Shown here: positions 27,997-37,362 of the stretch, in pieces
How the letters are laid out: each line of letters opens with the position of its first letter
How positions within the stretch are numbered: the first letter of the stretch is position 1
Assembly: GCA_036375875.1 (NCBI GenBank)
Contig: DASVBK010000246.1
Span: 1-48,997 of the forward strand
Direction: 5' to 3'
Length of the DNA stretch: 48,997 bases
Source of the DNA: Candidatus Nanopelagicales bacterium
GTDB taxonomy: Bacteria > Actinomycetota > Actinomycetes > S36-B12 > CAIYMF01
Made by a program: the position numbers and the translations under genes
The notes under the pieces: generated by a model
What the model was told of the DNA's origin: nothing
The model's database searches: none
Seen by the model: the letters and a program-made list of their open reading frames with translations, nothing else

Positions 27997-28644
27997 ATGA
28001 CCGGGCGCACCGCGTTCACGCGCAAGGCCGACCGCGGCTCGCACGACCGGCTGGCGGCCGACGCGATCCTCGCCGAGGCCCTGGTCGGGCACCTCGGCTT
28101 CGCGGACGCCACCGGCGCCCCGATGGTGCTGCCCGTGGCGATCGCCCGGGACGGCGACCGGGTGCTGTTCCACGGCTCCACCGGCTCCCGGCTGTTCCGG
28201 ACCCTGGCCACGGGGGTACCGGCCTGCTTGACCGTGACCCTGCTTGACGGGCTGGTGCTGGCCCGCAGCGCCTTCGAGTCGAGCATGAACTACCGCAGCC
28301 TGGTCGTGGTCGGCTCGTGCGAGGTGGTGTCCGGTGACGACCAGTGGCATGCCCTGCAGGTGATCACCGAGCACCTCACGCCCGGCCGGTGGGCCCAGCT
28401 GCGGCCCATGACGGCCAAGGAGGTCGCGGCCACGATGGTGCTCGCGCTGCCGCTCACCGAGTTCTCGGTGAAGGCCAGGACCGGTGGCACGGACGAGCCG
28501 CTGGAGGACCGCGACTGGCCGACCTGGGCAGGTCAGCTCCCCGTCGTGGTGGGCACCGCCACCCCGATCCCCCAGCCGGACCTCCCCGCGGGTGTCCCGG
28601 CCCCGATCGCACCGCGCGGGCTCGGCGGCCCGGGGGCGCTGTGA
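27997..28644 (+). CDS. Pyridoxamine-5'-phosphate-oxidase-like split-barrel flavoprotein (NimA/Pyridox_ox_2-like), function unknown
   Basis: 215-aa ORF that starts on the nucleotide after the transaminase TAG. Recognised from segments typical of the FMN-binding split barrel (HLGF....PMVLPVAIARDGDRVLFHGSTGSR, SMNYRSLVVVG). Its stop overlaps the next start (GTGA). Confidence 0.65.
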   Translation: MTGRTAFTRKADRGSHDRLAADAILAEALVGHLGFADATGAPMVLPVAIARDGDRVLFHGSTGSRLFRTLATGVPACLTVTLLDGLVLARSAFESSMNYRSLVVVGSCEVVSGDDQWHALQVITEHLTPGRWAQLRPMTAKEVAATMVLALPLTEFSVKARTGGTDEPLEDRDWPTWAGQLPVVVGTATPIPQPDLPAGVPAPIAPRGLGGPGAL

Positions 28645-30023
28645 GTCCAGCTGACCCGCGCGGACTCTCGCTCTGGTGGGACTCCCTCGGTGCACCGCCC
28701 CCGCCGCGCGCTGCGCTCGACGGCGATCTCGACGTCGACGTGGCGATCGTCGGCGCCGGGTACACCGGCCTGTGGACCGCGCACGCCCTGAGCATGGCGG
28801 CACCCGGCACCCGCATCGCGGTACTCGAGGCCGAGGTCGCCGGCTTCGGGGCCAGCGGCCGCAACGGTGGCTGGTGCTCGGCGCTGTTCCCTGCCTCGAT
28901 GGAGGCCATCGCGCGCCGGTCCTCCCGGGCCGCCGCACTGGCCATGCAGCACGCGATGCACGACACGGTCGACGAGGTGGGCCGCACGGCGGCCGTCGAG
29001 GGCCTGGCCATCGACTGGGCCAAGGGCGGCACGGTCACCCTGGCCCGCACCCCGGTGCAGCTGGCCCGGCTACGGGCCCAGGTCGAGCACTGGCGCTCGT
29101 GGGGCTTCGGCGCCGACGACTACCGGCTGCTCGACGCCGCGGAGGCCTCCGCCCGGGTCGGCGCGAGCGACGTGCTCGGGGCGCTGGTCACCCCGCACTG
29201 TGCGGCGATCCAGCCGGCGAAGCTGGTGCGCGGCCTGGCTGAGGCCCTGGAACGCCGTGGCGTGCGGGTGTACGAGCACTCGCCGGCGACCTCGATCGAG
29301 CCTGGCGTGGTGCGGACCCCCCGCGGCGATGTCCGGGCGCCCTACGTGGTGCGCGCGACGGAGGCCTTCACCGCCCGGCTGCGCGGGCACCGCCGGACGC
29401 TGATGCCGGTCTACTCGCTCATGCTCGCCACGGAGCCGCTGCCCGCGGACGTATGGGATGCGGTTGGCCTGGCGCAGCGCGAGACGTTCAACGACGCCCG
29501 GCACCTGATCATCTACGGCCAGCGCACCGCCGACGACCGCCTGGCGTTCGGCGGCCGCGGTGCCCCCTACCACTTCGGCTCGCGCATCGAGCCCCACTTC
29601 GACCGGGTGCCCGCCGTGCACGAGGCCCTCTGGCGGACGCTCGTGGAGCTGTTCCCCACCGTCGCGCCCTACCGGGTCACTCACCGGTGGGGTGGCCCGC
29701 TCGGAATCCCCCGCGACTGGTACGCCTCGTGCGGGCTGGACCGGCGCACCGGCCTGGCGTGGGCCGGTGGGTACGTCGGCGACGGCGTCGGCACGTCGAA
29801 CCTGGCCGGGCGCACCCTGGCCGACCTGATCGTGGGCCGGCGCACGGAGCTCACCACCTTGCCCTGGGTGCAGCACCGCTCCCGCCGGTGGGAGCCCGAA
29901 CCGGTGCGCTGGTTCGGCGCCAACGGCGGGCTGGCCGTCATGAGCTCGGCCGACGCCGCCGAAGCCAGGACCGGGCGCCCGGCGCGGCGGGCCGAGCTGT
30001 TCGGGCGGTTCCTCGGCCACTGA
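28641..30023 (+). CDS. DAO-family FAD-dependent oxidoreductase (PuuB-like), copy 2
   Basis: GTG start (VSPADPRGLSLWW...). Motif DVAIVGAGYTGLWTA followed by FGASGRNGGW. Colinear with copy 1, for example HRWGGPLGIPRD against HAWGGAIDTCSR. Confidence 0.8.
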   Translation: MSPADPRGLSLWWDSLGAPPPPRAALDGDLDVDVAIVGAGYTGLWTAHALSMAAPGTRIAVLEAEVAGFGASGRNGGWCSALFPASMEAIARRSSRAAALAMQHAMHDTVDEVGRTAAVEGLAIDWAKGGTVTLARTPVQLARLRAQVEHWRSWGFGADDYRLLDAAEASARVGASDVLGALVTPHCAAIQPAKLVRGLAEALERRGVRVYEHSPATSIEPGVVRTPRGDVRAPYVVRATEAFTARLRGHRRTLMPVYSLMLATEPLPADVWDAVGLAQRETFNDARHLIIYGQRTADDRLAFGGRGAPYHFGSRIEPHFDRVPAVHEALWRTLVELFPTVAPYRVTHRWGGPLGIPRDWYASCGLDRRTGLAWAGGYVGDGVGTSNLAGRTLADLIVGRRTELTTLPWVQHRSRRWEPEPVRWFGANGGLAVMSSADAAEARTGRPARRAELFGRFLGH

Positions 30024-30056
30024 GCGCAAACCCACGGCCATCCTGCCGCCAACCGC

Positions 30057-30213
30057 GGGCGAATCGACATTGCCACTGGTCCCCAGCCCGGGTGCCGGCC
30101 GACCCGCAGGCGCATTCCACCCAAGATCGGGAGCCCCGACCCAGGGATGGTGGGAAGCCCCTGCGACTGCTCGTTGCGCCGGCGCCGTGGCCGCCGGACA
30201 TGTCGATTCCCCC
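30057..30213. promoter_or_regulatory. Pair of distant inverted repeats upstream of putA
   Basis: GGGCGAATCGACAT (30057-30070) and ATGTCGATTCCCCC (30200-30213) are reverse complements at 13 of 14 positions, with a perfect 10-bp core. Each is followed, after 5 nt, by the same heptamer CTGGTCC in forward orientation. They lie in the 289-bp gap before the putA ATG at 30313. Confidence 0.35.
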
Positions 30214-30312
30214 CGCTGGTCCGCTTCACGCCAGGCCGGGCCGGCATGGCTCCGACCACGCGGGCGAGCAGGTGGCGCCCCCGCATTGAGTCAGCCCAGT
30301 CCCGGGACCACG

Positions 30313-33300
30313 ATGGTCACCGTGAACACCAGCGCCATGCCGCCCGCCCCTGCCGAGCTCCTCGCTCCCCTTCCCGATGCCGATCGCGTCGTCGATCGCG
30401 CGGTGGGCCGTGCCTCACGCTGGATGACCGAGGCCGAGGGGCTGCGCACCCGCCGCGAGAAGGCCAACCGGCGCCGTCTCACCAGGCTGCTGCGCGACCC
30501 AGCCGGCCTGCCGGTGACGATGGCGCTCACCGACGAGGTGATGCGGATCTCGGCGTCATCGCGCGCCGCGGCCACGCTGCGCGACGCCGCGGCCTCGTCG
30601 AACCCCCGGGCGCTCGGCGTGCGCGATCACGTGGGCCTGCGCGCCCTGGCCCCGATCTCGAAGCTGGCCCCGGGGCCCTCGATGCAGCTCGTCCACTGGC
30701 AGATCCGCGACGCCTCCAAGGGGATCATCCTGCCCGCGGAGCGCGAGCCGCTGCGCAAGCACCTGGCCCGGCGCGCCAAGGACGGCGCGCGCCTGAACAT
30801 CAACGTGCTCGGCGAGGCGGTGCTCGGCGAGGACGAGGCCCACCACCGCCTCGAGCGGGTCATCGAGATGCTCACCCGGCCCGAGGTCAGCTACATCAGC
30901 GTGAAGATCTCGGCCATCGCCGCCCAACTCAGCACCTATGACCATGCCGGGTCGGTGGACCGGGTGTCGCAGCGGCTGCGCCAGCTGTACCGCGCTGCCG
31001 CGGCGACCACCCCGCGCACCTTCGTCAACCTCGACATGGAGGAGTACCGCGACCTCACCCTGACCATCGACGCCTTCACCCGGGTGCTCGACGAGCCGGA
31101 CTTCCGTGATGTCGAGGCCGGCATCGTGCTGCAGGCCTACCTGCCGGAGTGCCACGCCGAGTTCGAGGGCCTGGTGGCGTGGGCGCAGCGACGCCGTGCT
31201 GCCGGTGGGGCGCCGATCAAGATCCGCATCGTGAAGGGCGCCAACCTCGCGATGGAGTCCTGCGAGGCGCAGCTGCACGGCTGGTCGGCGGCACCGTACG
31301 GCTCGAAGGCGGACGTCGACGCCTCCTGGAAGCGCGTCGTCGACGTCGCGCTGCGCCCCGAGCACGCTGACGCCGTGCGCATCGGCATCGCCAGCCACAA
31401 CCTGTTCGACCTCGCCTGGGCCCTGGAGGTGGCCGCGGAGCGCGGCGTGTCGGACCAGGTCGACATCGAGATGCTCGAGGGCATGGCCAACGCCGAAGCC
31501 CTGGCGATCATCCACGACATCGGCTCGGTGCTGCTCTACGCGCCGGTCACCGCGCACGACGACTTCGCCTCGGCGGTCGCGTACCTCGTCCGCCGGCTCG
31601 ACGAGAACACCGCACCCGAGAACTTCCTGCGCGCGTCGTTCAGCCTCACCGTCGGCTCGCCGACATTCGCCGAGCAGGAGCGCCGGTTCCGTGAGGCCGT
31701 GGCGGCGCGCCACGCGGTCGGCACGGAGTCCCGCCGGCACGGCCCGCCGGCGCCGGCGGCCTCGGCCCCCCAGCCCGAGGCCCCCTTCCACAACGCGCCG
31801 GAGACCGACATCACCCGGCCCGAGGAGCGCGCCGAGATCCTCACCGCCCTGCAGCGCCACACGCCGGGCTGGGGCCGGGCCATCCCCGTGGTGGTCGACG
31901 GGGTCGAGCACGACGATGGCATCGTCGACGGGCGCAACCCGAGCGCGGACGGCGCGGTCTGGTACTCCACCACGGTGGCCACCCATGCGGCGGTCGACGA
32001 GGCCGTGGCCGTCGGCGCCGCGGCGGTCCCCGGCTGGGACGGCCGCGGCCCGCGTGAGCGCGCCCGGCTGCTGTGGGAGGCGGCCCGGATCATGGGTGAG
32101 CAGCGCCACGACACCCTGGCGGTCATGGCCCTCGACGCGGGCAAGACCATCGACCAGGGGATCCCGGAGATCTCCGAGGCGATCGACTTCGCCCGCTTCT
32201 ACGCCACGTCCGCGATCCGAACGCTGGAGTCCGGCGCCGCGAGCAGCCCGGTCGGCGTGGTGGTCGTCGTCCCGCCGTGGAACTTCCCGTACGCGATCCC
32301 GGCCGGCGGGGTGCTGGCCGCCCTGGCGGCCGGCAACGCCGTGATCCTCAAGCCCGCCCCCGAGACCGTCGCGACGGCGTGGCTGCTGGTCCAGCAACTG
32401 TGGCAGGCCGGCGTGCCCCGCGACGTGCTGCAGTTCGTGCCCACCCGAGATGACGAGGTGGGCCAGCATCTGGTGACCCATCCGGGCGTTGCCGCGGTGG
32501 TGCTCACCGGGTCGTTCGCGACGGCCCGGTTGTTCACCTCCTGGAAGCCGGAGATCCGGCTCATGGCCGAGACGTCGGGCAAGAACGCATTGCTCATCTC
32601 GGCGACGGCCGACCTCGACGCGGCGGTGAAGGACCTCGTCGCCTCCGCGTTCGGCCACGCGGGCCAGAAGTGCTCCGCGGCGAGCCTGGCGATCGTCGAG
32701 GCCTCGGTGTACGACAACCCGGCGTTCTTCCGGCAGCTGCGTGACGCCGTGACCACCGAGCACGTCGGCGGCGGGCCTGACCCGGCCACCGTCATCGGCC
32801 CGCTCATCCGCCCCGCGGAGGGCCCGCTGCAGCGCGCGCTCACGACGCTCGACGCCGGCGAGTCCTGGCTGGTGACCCCGCGCCAGCTCGACGAGACCGG
32901 GCACCTGTGGAGCCCGGGCGTGAAGATCGGGGTGCAGCCGGGCTCCTGGAGCCACCGCACCGAGTGGTTCGGCCCGGTGCTCGGGGTCATGCGGGCGCCC
33001 GACCTCGACACCGCCATCACCTGGCAGAACGCCGTCGAGTACGGCCTCACCGCGGGCCTGCATGCCCTCGACACCCACGAGTGCGAGACCTGGCTCGAGC
33101 GCATCGAGGCGGGCAACGTCTACGTCAACCGGGGCACGACCGGCGCGATCGTCAACCGCCAGCCCTTCGGCGGCTGGAAGAAGTCGGCGGTCGGTCCGAC
33201 GGCGAAGGCCGGCGGCGAGCAGTACGTGGCGTGCCTGCGCGACTGGGCGCCCAGCGACTGCGGGCTGTCGGTCGAGGACGTGGCGGCGTGGTGGGAGGCG

Positions 33301-33759
33301 ATCGGCTCGCGGGCCAGGGACCTCACGGGCCTGAGCGTCGAGCGCAACCTCGTACGCTTCCGCCCGCTGCCCAAGCCGGTGCTGGTGCGGGTGGACGAGG
33401 CCACCCGCGCCGAGTACCTGGCCTCGGTGCGGATGCTCGCCGCGCGGACCGGCACCCCGATCGTGCTCAGCGCGGCGACCTCGCGTGGGGCCGACACCGT
33501 CGTGGAGTCCCTGGCGGCCGCGCGGGCGCGCGTGGCGTCCGGGTCGGTGAGCCGCGTGCGCTGGCTCTCGGGCGAGGACCCCGGCGACCTGGTGCTGGTT
33601 GCCCTGGACGCCGGGATCAGCGTCGACCGGCGAGCGGTTGCCGGCAGCGTGGCCGTCGAGGCCCCCCGGTGGCTGCACGAGCAGAGCGTGTGCATCACCG
33701 CCCACCGCTACGGCAACGTGGGCGCCGGCCCACAGCCCCGCGTGCCCGGGGAGCAGTGA
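30313..33759 (+). CDS. putA: Bifunctional proline dehydrogenase / L-glutamate-gamma-semialdehyde dehydrogenase
   Basis: Begins at the internal ATG (MVTVNTSAMPP...). N-terminal PRODH barrel region (LNINVLGEAVLGEDEA, IEMLEGMA), followed by an ALDH domain (PPWNFPYAIPAGG, ETSGKNA, GQKCSAAS). About 1148 aa, with no RHH DNA-binding domain. Confidence 0.9.
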   Translation: MVTVNTSAMPPAPAELLAPLPDADRVVDRAVGRASRWMTEAEGLRTRREKANRRRLTRLLRDPAGLPVTMALTDEVMRISASSRAAATLRDAAASSNPRALGVRDHVGLRALAPISKLAPGPSMQLVHWQIRDASKGIILPAEREPLRKHLARRAKDGARLNINVLGEAVLGEDEAHHRLERVIEMLTRPEVSYISVKISAIAAQLSTYDHAGSVDRVSQRLRQLYRAAAATTPRTFVNLDMEEYRDLTLTIDAFTRVLDEPDFRDVEAGIVLQAYLPECHAEFEGLVAWAQRRRAAGGAPIKIRIVKGANLAMESCEAQLHGWSAAPYGSKADVDASWKRVVDVALRPEHADAVRIGIASHNLFDLAWALEVAAERGVSDQVDIEMLEGMANAEALAIIHDIGSVLLYAPVTAHDDFASAVAYLVRRLDENTAPENFLRASFSLTVGSPTFAEQERRFREAVAARHAVGTESRRHGPPAPAASAPQPEAPFHNAPETDITRPEERAEILTALQRHTPGWGRAIPVVVDGVEHDDGIVDGRNPSADGAVWYSTTVATHAAVDEAVAVGAAAVPGWDGRGPRERARLLWEAARIMGEQRHDTLAVMALDAGKTIDQGIPEISEAIDFARFYATSAIRTLESGAASSPVGVVVVVPPWNFPYAIPAGGVLAALAAGNAVILKPAPETVATAWLLVQQLWQAGVPRDVLQFVPTRDDEVGQHLVTHPGVAAVVLTGSFATARLFTSWKPEIRLMAETSGKNALLISATADLDAAVKDLVASAFGHAGQKCSAASLAIVEASVYDNPAFFRQLRDAVTTEHVGGGPDPATVIGPLIRPAEGPLQRALTTLDAGESWLVTPRQLDETGHLWSPGVKIGVQPGSWSHRTEWFGPVLGVMRAPDLDTAITWQNAVEYGLTAGLHALDTHECETWLERIEAGNVYVNRGTTGAIVNRQPFGGWKKSAVGPTAKAGGEQYVACLRDWAPSDCGLSVEDVAAWWEAIGSRARDLTGLSVERNLVRFRPLPKPVLVRVDEATRAEYLASVRMLAARTGTPIVLSAATSRGADTVVESLAAARARVASGSVSRVRWLSGEDPGDLVLVALDAGISVDRRAVAGSVAVEAPRWLHEQSVCITAHRYGNVGAGPQPRVPGEQ

Positions 33760-33829
33760 GCGCAGGACGCTCGTGGACCGGGGGCCGAGGCCCGCGGGTT
33801 TCGCGGTGGCTCGACCCGGGTAGACCGTC

Positions 33830-35101
33830 GTGATGCAGGCCTTCGTCGCGATCTTCCGCCATCCCGGCACCCGCGCGATGACGGCCTCGGCGTTCGTGGG
33901 TCGCTTCCCCATGGCCATGCTCGGCCTGGCGATGACCATGCTCGTGGTCGCCCAGACCGGCTCCTACGGCCGTGCCGGCGCCGTCGCCGCGTCCATCACC
34001 CTCGCCGGTGCGATCGGTGGTCCGATCGGCGCGAGGCTGGCCGACCGCTACGGCCAGCACCGGGCGATCCCCCCGCTCATCACCGTCCACATCCTCGCCG
34101 TGGCCAGCCTCACAGTGGCGGTCATGGCCGGCACCCCGATGCCGCTGTGGCTGGCCCTCGGCGTGCTCGCGGGCCTCACCGGCCCGAACCTCGGGGCGAT
34201 GGTGCGCACCCGGTGGGCCGGCATCGCCGACGGCCCCGACGAGCTCACCTCAGCGTTCGCCCTGGAGTCCACGCTGGACGAGGTCGCCTTCGTGCTCGGT
34301 CCGCCGCTGGCCACCGCCCTGGCCGTGGCCGTCGCGCCGTGGTCGGCCATCGCCACCGGCCTGCTGCTGGCCGCCGCGGGGGCGTCGACCCTCGCCGCAC
34401 AGCGGCGCACCGAGCCCCCGGCGGCCCGGCCCGCCGCCGCTGCGGGCCCGGGCATCTGGCGCTCCGGGACCTTGCAGGTGCTCACGCTGCTCATGGTCCT
34501 CATGGGCGCGATCTTCGGCGCCCTCGAGGTCGCCACCGTGGCCTTCGCGCAGGAGCGCGACGCGGTGGGCACGACCGGGGTGCTGCTGGGCATCTTCGCG
34601 CTGTCGAGCGGGCTCACGGGCCTGTACCTGGGGGCGCGACCCGGCGGCTGGCGCCTCTCCAGCCAGATCCTGGTCGGCACCGGGATGCTCGCCGTGGCAG
34701 CGGTCGTGCTGCCCTTCGCCCAGGGCCTGGCCGCCTACGCGGCCGGGATGTTCGCCGCGGGCCTGGGCGTCTCGGCGGTGATGATCGGCTCGATGCAGGT
34801 GATCGAACGCGCGCTGCCGCGCGCCCGGCTCACCGAGGCCCTCGCGCTGGCCATCTCCGGCGTGCTGGTGGGGTCGGCGGCTGCCGTGGCCCTGGCTGGC
34901 GCGCTGATCGACCTCGGCGGGTCAGCCTCGGGCATCGCGGTCGGATCCGTCGCGGCCCTCGTGGGCCTGCTGCTGGCGATCCTCACGCGGGCGCACCTGC
35001 GCCGCGCCGAGCAGCTGCCGCAGGCCGCCGACGCCCCGGACGACGCAGGGTCGGCACGCGAAGCTGCGCTGGACCAGCCAGCCGGCCACCGGGTCCGCTG
35101 A
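33830..35101 (+). CDS. MFS transporter
   Basis: 423-aa ORF with about 12 hydrophobic helices and the MFS loop motif GARLADRYGQHR. The start is either the GTG at 33830 or the ATG at 33833. Confidence 0.8.
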   Translation: MMQAFVAIFRHPGTRAMTASAFVGRFPMAMLGLAMTMLVVAQTGSYGRAGAVAASITLAGAIGGPIGARLADRYGQHRAIPPLITVHILAVASLTVAVMAGTPMPLWLALGVLAGLTGPNLGAMVRTRWAGIADGPDELTSAFALESTLDEVAFVLGPPLATALAVAVAPWSAIATGLLLAAAGASTLAAQRRTEPPAARPAAAAGPGIWRSGTLQVLTLLMVLMGAIFGALEVATVAFAQERDAVGTTGVLLGIFALSSGLTGLYLGARPGGWRLSSQILVGTGMLAVAAVVLPFAQGLAAYAAGMFAAGLGVSAVMIGSMQVIERALPRARLTEALALAISGVLVGSAAAVALAGALIDLGGSASGIAVGSVAALVGLLLAILTRAHLRRAEQLPQAADAPDDAGSAREAALDQPAGHRVR

Positions 35102-35110
35102 GCCCTCGCC

Positions 35111-36046
35111 TCAGGAACGCCCGAGCGGCTGGCCGGGGGTGGCAGCCTGCCGGAACAGGCCCTCCTGGGTGACCGAGACGAGCAGGTCACCAGTGGCATC
35201 GAACATCCGGCCCCGGGCGAACCCGAGGCCCCGATCAGCCGCCGGCGACTGCGTCACGTACAGCGTCCACTCGTCGGCGCGGTAGGGCCGGTGGAACCAC
35301 ATGGCGTGGTCGAGGCTGGCCACCTCCAGGTGCCCCGACCCCGACCAGTACCCGTGCCGGCGCTGCACCGCGTCGATGAGCGTGGCGTCCGACAGGTAGG
35401 TCGCGACGCACAGGTGCAGCAGGGGGTCCTCCGGCATGTCGCCGTCGGCCCGGAACCACAGGACGTCCTCGCCGGGGTAGTCCCCGCCGCCCTGCTGGGT
35501 CGGGTGGTCGACCAGCGCGTCGCCCCACCAGCTGACGATCCGCTCGGCGAACCCGCGCACCGGTCGGATGTCCAGCGGCATCGTGACGTCGCGCATGATC
35601 GCGGGCACCTCCTCGGTGGGGTGCGGGTCCATGAGCTCGCGCAGCGAGGGCAGGTCGTCCGCATGCGGCACCTGGGGGGCGCGGGTCGTGTGCACCACCA
35701 GGGCCGCCTCGGGCACGTGGAACGACGCCGACATCGCGAACGTGACCTTCCCGTGCTGGTGGGCCAGCACCCGGCGCACGCTGAACCCGCGGCCGTCGCG
35801 CATGCGCTCGACCCGGAACTCGACCGGCGCGGCGGGGTCGCCGGGCCGCAGGAAGTAGGCGTGCAGGGAGTGGACGTAGCGCTCGGGGTCCACCGTGCGG
35901 CCGGCGGCGACCAGGGCCTGCGCGGCAACCTGGCCGCCGAAGATCCGCGTGTAGGCGACCTCGCGGCTGGCACCCACGAAGACGTCGCCGGACCGCCGCT
36001 CGAGGTCCAGCAGGTCGAGCAGGCCGTCGATGGGTTGCCCGGTCAT
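35111..36046 (-). CDS. tesB: Acyl-CoA thioesterase II (double hot-dog)
   Basis: Motifs RIFGGQVAAQAL, HSLHAYFLRPGD and GRGFSVRRV, plus a second hot-dog half ending GRMFD..G.LVSVTQEGL. Confidence 0.85.
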   Translation of the reverse strand: MTGQPIDGLLDLLDLERRSGDVFVGASREVAYTRIFGGQVAAQALVAAGRTVDPERYVHSLHAYFLRPGDPAAPVEFRVERMRDGRGFSVRRVLAHQHGKVTFAMSASFHVPEAALVVHTTRAPQVPHADDLPSLRELMDPHPTEEVPAIMRDVTMPLDIRPVRGFAERIVSWWGDALVDHPTQQGGGDYPGEDVLWFRADGDMPEDPLLHLCVATYLSDATLIDAVQRRHGYWSGSGHLEVASLDHAMWFHRPYRADEWTLYVTQSPAADRGLGFARGRMFDATGDLLVSVTQEGLFRQAATPGQPLGRS

Positions 36047-36142
36047 GGCGGGATCGTGACAGGTCCGGGGGCGCCGCTCGACTCCGCCCGGCCGCCCTGC
36101 GCTCGCCGCACCCAGGTCACCGCCTCGACGGCGACGCCGGAT

Positions 36143-36154
36143 ATTGGATCCAAT
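36143..36154. promoter_or_regulatory. Perfect 12-bp palindrome ATTGGATCCAAT, candidate operator for the operon-encoded GntR regulator
   Basis: Lies 39 nt upstream of the gcdH ATG in the tesB/gcdH divergent region. It is followed directly by the TANNNT box TAGCGT (36159-36164). It is AT-rich against a GC-rich background, and the T.G...C.A symmetry is compatible with FadR/GntR-type sites. Confidence 0.5.
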
Positions 36155-36192
36155 CTGCTAGCGTGGCGCAACCCGACCACCGAGGTGTTCCC

Positions 36193-37362
36193 ATGACCAT
36201 CCAGTCCGCCACGGAGCTCTACGCGATCGACACCCTGCTCACCGCCGAGCAGCGTGGGATCCGCGACACCGTCCGCCGCTTCGCCGACGAGCGCCTGCGC
36301 CCGAACCTCGCCGCATGGTTCGAGTCGGGCCAGGTGCCAGCGCGCGAGCTGGCGCGCGAGCTGGGGGCCCTCGGCGTGCTGGGCATGCATCTCGAGGGCT
36401 ACGGATGTGCCGGCACGGACGCCACGTCCTACGGCCTGGCCTGCCTCGAGCTCGAGGCGGCCGATTCCGGGATCCGGTCCCTGGTGAGCGTCCAGGGCTC
36501 GCTGGCGATGTTCGCGATCCACGCCCTCGGCTCGCAGGAGCAGCGGGAGCGCTGGCTGCCCGGCATGGCCACGGGCGAGCTGGTGGGGTGCTTCGGCCTC
36601 ACCGAGCCCGACGCCGGCTCGGATCCCGGGTCGATGCGCACGACCGCCGTCCGCGACGGCGACGACTGGGTCCTCACCGGCACGAAGATGTGGATCACGA
36701 ACGGCTCCGTGGCTGACGTGGCGATCGTCTGGGCGCGCGCCGAGGACACCATCCGCGGCTTCGTGGTGCCGGCGGACTCCCCCGGCTTCACCGCGCGCAG
36801 CATCCCGCGCAAGCTGAGCCTGCGCGCCTCGGTGACCTCCGAGCTCGTGCTCGACGGCGTCCGGCTGCCGGCCGATGCCATGCTGCCGGGCGCCCGCGGC
36901 CTGTCCGCGCCGCTGGGCTGCCTGGCCGAGGCGCGGTACGGCATCGTGTTCGGCGCGATGGGCGCCGCGCGGGACTGCCTGGAGACCGCCATCGACTACG
37001 CGGGCACCCGGGAGCAGTTCGGCCGGCCGATCGCGGCCTTCCAGCTCACCCAGCGCAAGCTGGCCGAGATGGCCGTCGCAGTCGGCAACGGGCACCTGCT
37101 GGCCCTGCACCTGGGCCGGCTCAAGGACGCGCACGCGCTCACGCCGCAGCAGGTCAGCGTGGGGAAGTTCAGCAACGTGTCGGCGGCGCTGCAGGTGGCA
37201 CGCGAGGCCCGGGCGATCCTCGGTGGCAACGGCATCTCGCTGGAGTACCCGGTGATCCGGCACATGAACAACCTGGAGAGCGTGTACACCTACGAGGGCA
37301 CCCACGACATCCACACGCTGGTCATCGGCCAGGCGCTCACCGGGATCGCCGCCTACCGATGA
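36193..37362 (+). CDS. gcdH: Glutaryl-CoA dehydrogenase (acyl-CoA dehydrogenase family)
   Basis: Begins at the internal ATG (MTIQSATELYAIDTLL...). Motifs GCFGLTEPDAGSDPGSM, KMWITNG and YTYEGTHDIHTLVIG (catalytic Glu). Overall GCDH-like. Confidence 0.85.
   Translation: MTIQSATELYAIDTLLTAEQRGIRDTVRRFADERLRPNLAAWFESGQVPARELARELGALGVLGMHLEGYGCAGTDATSYGLACLELEAADSGIRSLVSVQGSLAMFAIHALGSQEQRERWLPGMATGELVGCFGLTEPDAGSDPGSMRTTAVRDGDDWVLTGTKMWITNGSVADVAIVWARAEDTIRGFVVPADSPGFTARSIPRKLSLRASVTSELVLDGVRLPADAMLPGARGLSAPLGCLAEARYGIVFGAMGAARDCLETAIDYAGTREQFGRPIAAFQLTQRKLAEMAVAVGNGHLLALHLGRLKDAHALTPQQVSVGKFSNVSAALQVAREARAILGGNGISLEYPVIRHMNNLESVYTYEGTHDIHTLVIGQALTGIAAYR

Noticed and set aside
30556-33939. 1127-aa minus-strand ORF opposite putA. 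Similar giant antisense ORFs lie at 26581-28938, 41407-43680, 39326-41581, 22873-23775 and 12371-13621.
   Set aside because: These are all shadow ORFs of well-supported genes on the other strand. They have low-complexity Arg/Gly/Pro/Asp composition and no recognisable domains.
35095-35116. CTGAG-7nt-CTCAG mini-hairpin covering the convergent MFS and tesB stop codons
   Set aside because: A 5-bp stem in a 9-nt gap is likely incidental.
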